A stretch of DNA of 64,000 nucleotides, taken from the NCBI GenBank assembly GCA_965263355.1, contig CBDHHL010000031.1, forward strand, positions 1-64,000. The letters run 5' to 3'. This document shows positions 59,074 through 64,000 of the stretch, piece after piece; within the stretch, counting starts at the first letter, position 1; each line of letters starts with the position of its first letter. Source of the stretch: Leptolyngbyaceae cyanobacterium. Lineage in GTDB: Bacteria; Cyanobacteriota; Cyanobacteriia; Phormidesmidales; Phormidesmidaceae. The notes beneath the pieces were generated by a model, which did not search any database, was not told the DNA's origin, and saw nothing but the letters and a program-made list of their open reading frames with translations. The translations under genes were made by a program, and so were the position numbers.

Positions 59074-59246
59074 AAATTTCCCCTACGGCAAAACATTCAA
59101 ACAAACAATACGACACATGCGAGATTCGCGGTTGTTATCGTCTTTGTCCCTCGGCAAACATCCATGCCCATACAAGGCGGAACAAAGCTTTATCGCCTGC
59201 ATACGCTCGCCATTTTTTATTGATTTCATTTTGGCGAGCAATTATT

Positions 59247-59921
59247 TTAATTTCTTCTGGACAGTTCACGCTTAGTTCCTCTCAAGTATTGTTTAGCTTT
59301 ATTGATTTCCCCGTTAAATAACAGGGCAAAAACATAGTCTTTCTGACTTTCCCTTAACACTTGATATTCCAAGATATCGGCATATTCCAAGCCAGCAAAC
59401 GGGGAAACTTCGCGAATTGGGTCTTGTCTAAAAATTCTTGGTCTAGAATATATCTCTGTTTGAATTGTCCGTTGCCTATTGCTTTTGAACCATAGCTTTC
59501 TGACCAGCTCAGTCGCATGAAAATCATAACGGCCTGAGCCAGACTCTATTAACTTTAGCCTTATAAGTGCATCACGGACCCGCTGATTCATAGGAGTGTG
59601 CATAGTCAAGAAACTCTCGAATTCTCTAGCCTGAATATCAGTTAGTAACTCAAACGCTGTTTCGATTAATTCAACCTCAGTAAATGGTTCAAGTTTTTTA
59701 TACTTCATCCATATTTCACGGACTCCAGGGGCAAGCTCATTGTTTTCTATGAGCAATCCAGCCCGACGAAATGCGCTTAAAACGGCACCTGATCGAGACG
59801 GCGGCAGAACATGGCCCCCACCCTGGCAAATCATATTTAAGATCTTGGTTCTAATCTTTCTGGACTGTTCGTATTTTTCAACTTCGTTCTTAATTTGTTC
59901 TAATGTCCATTCAGCCATCAA
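59247..59921 (-). CDS. Hypothetical protein
   Basis: 224 aa, coupled to the upstream gene. Confidence 0.55.
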   Translation of the reverse strand: MMAEWTLEQIKNEVEKYEQSRKIRTKILNMICQGGGHVLPPSRSGAVLSAFRRAGLLIENNELAPGVREIWMKYKKLEPFTEVELIETAFELLTDIQAREFESFLTMHTPMNQRVRDALIRLKLIESGSGRYDFHATELVRKLWFKSNRQRTIQTEIYSRPRIFRQDPIREVSPFAGLEYADILEYQVLRESQKDYVFALLFNGEINKAKQYLRGTKRELSRRN

Positions 59922-61003
59922 ACCGCCAGCTCCAATAAACTTTTTTGCTCATATTTGCCCAACGTAAAATCACCCCCGAATTCCCAAAACCCCTCAACAA
60001 ACTGATCGTCTCGACTATTGCCGTTAATCCCGTTGTTGCCCCCAGTCAAAACGCTAAGAGGTGTTAACCGCCAATCACGGCCAAATTTATTTATCCGTTC
60101 AATCGCCTCACACAATGGGTCTGAAATATAATTAGTCATCACAACCCGTTCAATTCGAGGGTTAGCCAACAGCCTTTCTAGCGTGCTAACAATCAAATCA
60201 AACAACTCAATTCCCTGTGGGTCACCATGGCAAATGTAAGACGGTGTTAATGCCCCTGTCCCCCGTCGTCCCGGTCTAGACCCTTTCGGCACCCAATAAG
60301 GTGCATCATGCAAAGCGATCGCCTTGCCAGTAAAAGAAAGTTCAAAACTATCAATACAAGCATGGGCGTCATTAGAAAAGTGAAGCCTCCAATCAGGGCC
60401 AAACCAAGGCATCTTATAACCCCAGCCATCATTCAAGGACTCAAGTAACTCTGGCGATAATTGAGGTTCATTTTTCACAAACCCAGACTTTTTTTTGAGG
60501 CTGGCTACCTTATCTCGACTCTCTTTTACGTTTAATCGCCCCTTAGTATTCGCCCTGAGGCAGCTCATAAACGTGAACTCGCGAATCAACAGAGATGCGG
60601 CAGCAAGTGTTACACAGTCGCTTGTATCCTTAGTATCAACAATAGCTTTAAGGTTTTCGTAAACAACCTTTGGCCCCTTCGAGAGCACTTCTTTAGACCA
60701 ATTATTAATAGTCTTCTCTACTTGCTGCCTTAAACTGTCATCTTGCCAGCATCGATAAACTATCTGGACAACAGGATCTATATCAGCCAAGAAAGCCCGC
60801 TTAACAATTCCGTTACCGAGCATCCAATGACTGAAGTGGCCAGCACAGGCAAAAGGTTCAATGCTGGCATCATAAACATAGCGTCTGTCCCATATAGGAT
60901 ACTTAACGCGATCTTTTTTGCTGCCAGGGGTGGGGAATAAACCTGTTTTCATGACCATTTCAAAAAAACAAGACAGCAGAGGCCATGACGACCCCTGCAT
61001 CAA
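59918..61003 (-). CDS. Dam-like (D12 class) adenine methyltransferase, divergent
   Basis: LFPTPGSK, IEPFACAG, ADID, and HDAPY in place of DPPY. Confidence 0.7.
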   Translation of the reverse strand: MMQGSSWPLLSCFFEMVMKTGLFPTPGSKKDRVKYPIWDRRYVYDASIEPFACAGHFSHWMLGNGIVKRAFLADIDPVVQIVYRCWQDDSLRQQVEKTINNWSKEVLSKGPKVVYENLKAIVDTKDTSDCVTLAAASLLIREFTFMSCLRANTKGRLNVKESRDKVASLKKKSGFVKNEPQLSPELLESLNDGWGYKMPWFGPDWRLHFSNDAHACIDSFELSFTGKAIALHDAPYWVPKGSRPGRRGTGALTPSYICHGDPQGIELFDLIVSTLERLLANPRIERVVMTNYISDPLCEAIERINKFGRDWRLTPLSVLTGGNNGINGNSRDDQFVEGFWEFGGDFTLGKYEQKSLLELAV

Positions 61004-61011
61004 ACTAACTA

Positions 61012-62208
61012 TTAAATAGCGGCTGGCTGAGGAGCCTTAGAATTCTCAGCAAGACGAGCCTTGATGCCCGCAACAAAAGAACTTTGAGAAGATTCAGGCA
61101 AACGTAAACGACAAATAACTCGCTTGTTTTTGTTCTTCATCTCTTCAATCCTATCAATAGAAAGGATCGCAGGGGCATCAATGCTTAATTGAGTAGTAGA
61201 GCCCAAAAGCACCCGTTTAATATAAGTATTGCCATTGATCGTCTTCTCAGAGCCATCAACAATGGCATAAATTTCAACCCCATCACCAAACTTGCCCTGA
61301 GTCTTTTTGTAACCAACTACCTTATATTCAGCCTCAGGGGTAAGCTCGGAAAGCTTCATGTAATTGCCTCCCGTCAGCTCAAACTCATGCCCATTGACAC
61401 TAAGTTTTTTGCCTTCCTTGGAAACGGTTAGTTCTTCAGCGAACCAACCATTTTCATCAATAGAAAACTTTGCCCAATCTTCTTTATTGCCTGGTGCGTA
61501 AAAAAGCACTGGTTTTTCACCGATAGCACCTAAGATAGATCCGTAAAATTCACCTTCTTTGTCTCTCTTGGGAACCCATTTAATATGGGCAAACTCAATA
61601 TCTGAACCGTCTTCTACATCCCCCCACTTGATTCTTTCCTCACCTCGCAACAAAAACCCAGTAAGTTTTTCAGGCGTATTTGCCATAGATAAACGAGCAC
61701 TAACGAGTTTTCGCCCATCTTCAGAGCGATGCTCATACTGTAAGCGAACAGGGCAAACCAACGCATATCCAGATGGATCTAAAATCAGCGTGTCATCGCC
61801 TAAATTAAGCGCGTACAAATCGCTAGGAAATACAGTTTCATTAGGGATGACAAATCGCTGCTGTCCCCATCTGACACAAATCCCGTCTTCATAAGCGTAA
61901 ACAGCAGGTGTGGCTAAATAACCGCCATTATCATTGTTTACAAAAACGCAAGTACAGCCATCTGGATTGTACTCAGTAAAACCCAGCTTGCTGCAAAGCT
62001 GGTTAAACGCCTCACGAATATCTTCCGGCAAACTCTGATCTGGAATGTCAATTTTATCTTCGCTAATCCCAGCACTCAATAACTCTGTCTCAAGGTCCAT
62101 TAACCTTTGAGTAAGATTGATGTTTGGTGCAATCGCAGTTGCAGTAGTTTCAACAGCTTGAGTGCTAGAGCCTTTCTTTTGAAATCGAGCCATAATAATA
62201 AATTCCAA
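61012..62208 (-). CDS. Hypothetical protein (replication region)
   Basis: 398-aa ORF divergent from the primase gene. Confidence 0.6.
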   Translation of the reverse strand: MEFIIMARFQKKGSSTQAVETTATAIAPNINLTQRLMDLETELLSAGISEDKIDIPDQSLPEDIREAFNQLCSKLGFTEYNPDGCTCVFVNNDNGGYLATPAVYAYEDGICVRWGQQRFVIPNETVFPSDLYALNLGDDTLILDPSGYALVCPVRLQYEHRSEDGRKLVSARLSMANTPEKLTGFLLRGEERIKWGDVEDGSDIEFAHIKWVPKRDKEGEFYGSILGAIGEKPVLFYAPGNKEDWAKFSIDENGWFAEELTVSKEGKKLSVNGHEFELTGGNYMKLSELTPEAEYKVVGYKKTQGKFGDGVEIYAIVDGSEKTINGNTYIKRVLLGSTTQLSIDAPAILSIDRIEEMKNKNKRVICRLRLPESSQSSFVAGIKARLAENSKAPQPAAI

Positions 62209-62395
62209 TTTTTGAACATCGAGTTAGGGCAAACGTGGCATCGAACCGCCCTAAACCTTACAAGTACAACACTAAAAAATACAATCAAGTTTGTCAAGGG
62301 GCTTGACAAAAAAGAAAAAATACAGCCATGCTTGTAAAGCAATGCCATTATATAAAACGCAGCAAATATAATGGGCTTCCTGGAATTTAATAAAT

Positions 62396-64000
62396 ATGAG
62401 TGGATTAGGAGCTGATTTTGGATGGAAATCAATACGCAAGTTTATTCCCGAGCTGCCCGAGCAGCACTATCTAGAAGCCCATCACGTTAACCATTTGGCA
62501 GAAAGCGGCATAAGCCCCAGTGCTGCCCTAGTAGCTGGCGTATTTAGCGCTGATGCTGCCTTAGCTAGAACGCTCACAGGCCACGGTAGAGCCGGTCTGA
62601 TATTCACTTATTTCACGATTGACGGCAAAGATGTATATCGATGGGGGGATGATAGCAGGCCATTTTTTAGACTCAGGCCAGACAACCCGCCAAGCCCAAA
62701 ATGCAAATATCTATCCCCAAAAGGAGCGCCCCCACGGATTTATTTTCCGAGAGTGGCTAACAAAGTAGATTTTACTAAGTTTTCAGGACTTAACCTGGCC
62801 TTAGCAGAGGGCGAGAAAAAAAGCCTATTAGCAACACTCTGTAATATTCCATGCATAGGGATTGGAGGGGTTTACAGTTACAAGACTGGCGATAAGGATG
62901 AATGGGGTAATCGTGCTCTAGGATGCCTGGTTGATGAGATTGATATTAGAGCCGCGCAAACCTTAACCATAGTTTTTGATAGCGATATCACCCACAAACA
63001 TCAAGTCGCTAGGGCCATTAAAGCATTGGCTGGAAACTTAATAGAGGCTTATCATCAGCTCGAAATAGACGAGACATGTTCTAATGAGCGAGCGCCTACC
63101 CGAACACTAGCATTAGCTAAAAAGCTAAAATATGCACTGCTTCCAACACGGTTGAAGCTTAGTAATGAAAAAAAGACCAAAAAACTAGGCTTAGATGACG
63201 CAATTATGCTATTGGGCGAATCGCCAGTAAAGGAATTGTTAAGACATGCATTGCCATTAGTAAAATGCAAGTGGGAAGACAAATCATTAGATACTGAGTG
63301 CCTGTTTGCGGCTGAACCATTGGGAGACGATGCCCACAAAGATACTCCTATTAATAAACAGCATCATGTTAGGGGGTTAATCAGTTGGCTATCCTTGCAT
63401 GGGATTTATGCCAATATCCCTGATTATTCAAAACGTCAATATTATCCAGAAGGTGTCTGGAAAGACGTAGGCGAGGAAGCCTGGAAATTACTTTCCGAAC
63501 AAATAGCTGATGCCCAGCACTGGCTAAATAGGAAGCGTGCGATCGCGGCGCAAGAACTGAGGTTTGTAGAAAACAAAACCCGATTAAGTAAAGACCAATT
63601 TGACCAGCCGCATCTACTAGGATTTATTAATGGAGTACTGGAGCTTAATAAAAAAAAGCTTATTCCACACTCTCCTCAAAATTATATTACTCAGACATTA
63701 GGGTTTTCCTATGACCCTGAGGCCCAATGCATCCAGTGGCTAACTTGGCTAAATTGGATATTCGAAGATGATGAAAAGTGGCCAGAGATTATTCAAGCCC
63801 TTATCCGTTGGACAATCACGCCCAAAGAGCAAGGCCCCTATCCCGTTCATATCTGGCCTGTTCTAATTGGCCCAGCTGGCATCGGTAAGGGAACATTCTT
63901 GAGCGTGTTAACGCAGCTGGTAGGCGAGGGCAGTTATGCCGCCTGGAATTATCACAATGTAAATGACGCCCGTGGCATGAACGGGATGTCCGGCAAACGG
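62396..64000 (+). CDS. Primase-helicase (DUF3854 Toprim + D5_N + SF3 helicase), truncated by the window end
   Basis: RLRPD.P...KYLSP, AEGEKK, IVFDSD, GFINGVL...HSP..YIT, LIGPAGIGKGT. Confidence 0.88.
   Translation, partial: MSGLGADFGWKSIRKFIPELPEQHYLEAHHVNHLAESGISPSAALVAGVFSADAALARTLTGHGRAGLIFTYFTIDGKDVYRWGDDSRPFFRLRPDNPPSPKCKYLSPKGAPPRIYFPRVANKVDFTKFSGLNLALAEGEKKSLLATLCNIPCIGIGGVYSYKTGDKDEWGNRALGCLVDEIDIRAAQTLTIVFDSDITHKHQVARAIKALAGNLIEAYHQLEIDETCSNERAPTRTLALAKKLKYALLPTRLKLSNEKKTKKLGLDDAIMLLGESPVKELLRHALPLVKCKWEDKSLDTECLFAAEPLGDDAHKDTPINKQHHVRGLISWLSLHGIYANIPDYSKRQYYPEGVWKDVGEEAWKLLSEQIADAQHWLNRKRAIAAQELRFVENKTRLSKDQFDQPHLLGFINGVLELNKKKLIPHSPQNYITQTLGFSYDPEAQCIQWLTWLNWIFEDDEKWPEIIQALIRWTITPKEQGPYPVHIWPVLIGPAGIGKGTFLSVLTQLVGEGSYAAWNYHNVNDARGMNGMSGKR

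Overview
This window is part of a tailed dsDNA phage (or prophage) genome with siphovirus-like tail genes. Its host is very likely a cyanobacterium, given frequent HIP1 GCGATCGC octamers and cyanobacterial-type IS605, IscB and CRISPR repeats. Layout: tail/neck module on the minus strand (1-9.8 kb); an accessory/regulatory region with repeated promoter-operator-terminator cassettes and an IscB plus omega/HEARO RNA (10-18 kb); a ParB + radical SAM operon divergent from terminase, portal and capsid genes (18-28 kb); a long block of fibre/adhesin-like genes, PAS and GAF membrane proteins and a beta-helix protein (28-41 kb); a compact type V CRISPR-Cas locus (41.2-44.3 kb); DNA methyltransferases, an FHA membrane protein, an intact IS605 element, lysis genes and a primase-helicase (44-64 kb). 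The CRISPR locus has an 11-repeat array, a candidate tracrRNA, an unannotated RHH regulator, a 591-aa TnpB-derived Cas12 with an intact RuvC triad, and no cas1/cas2. The most striking observation is that the array begins at the first base after the stop codon of the beta-helix gene, and its two oldest spacers match that same gene imperfectly (31/33 and 29/37 nt, with codon-conserving mismatches). They appear to target other phages' alleles of the neighbouring gene, suggesting CRISPR-guided homing or inter-phage competition. All calls come from reading motifs by eye; no database searches were run.
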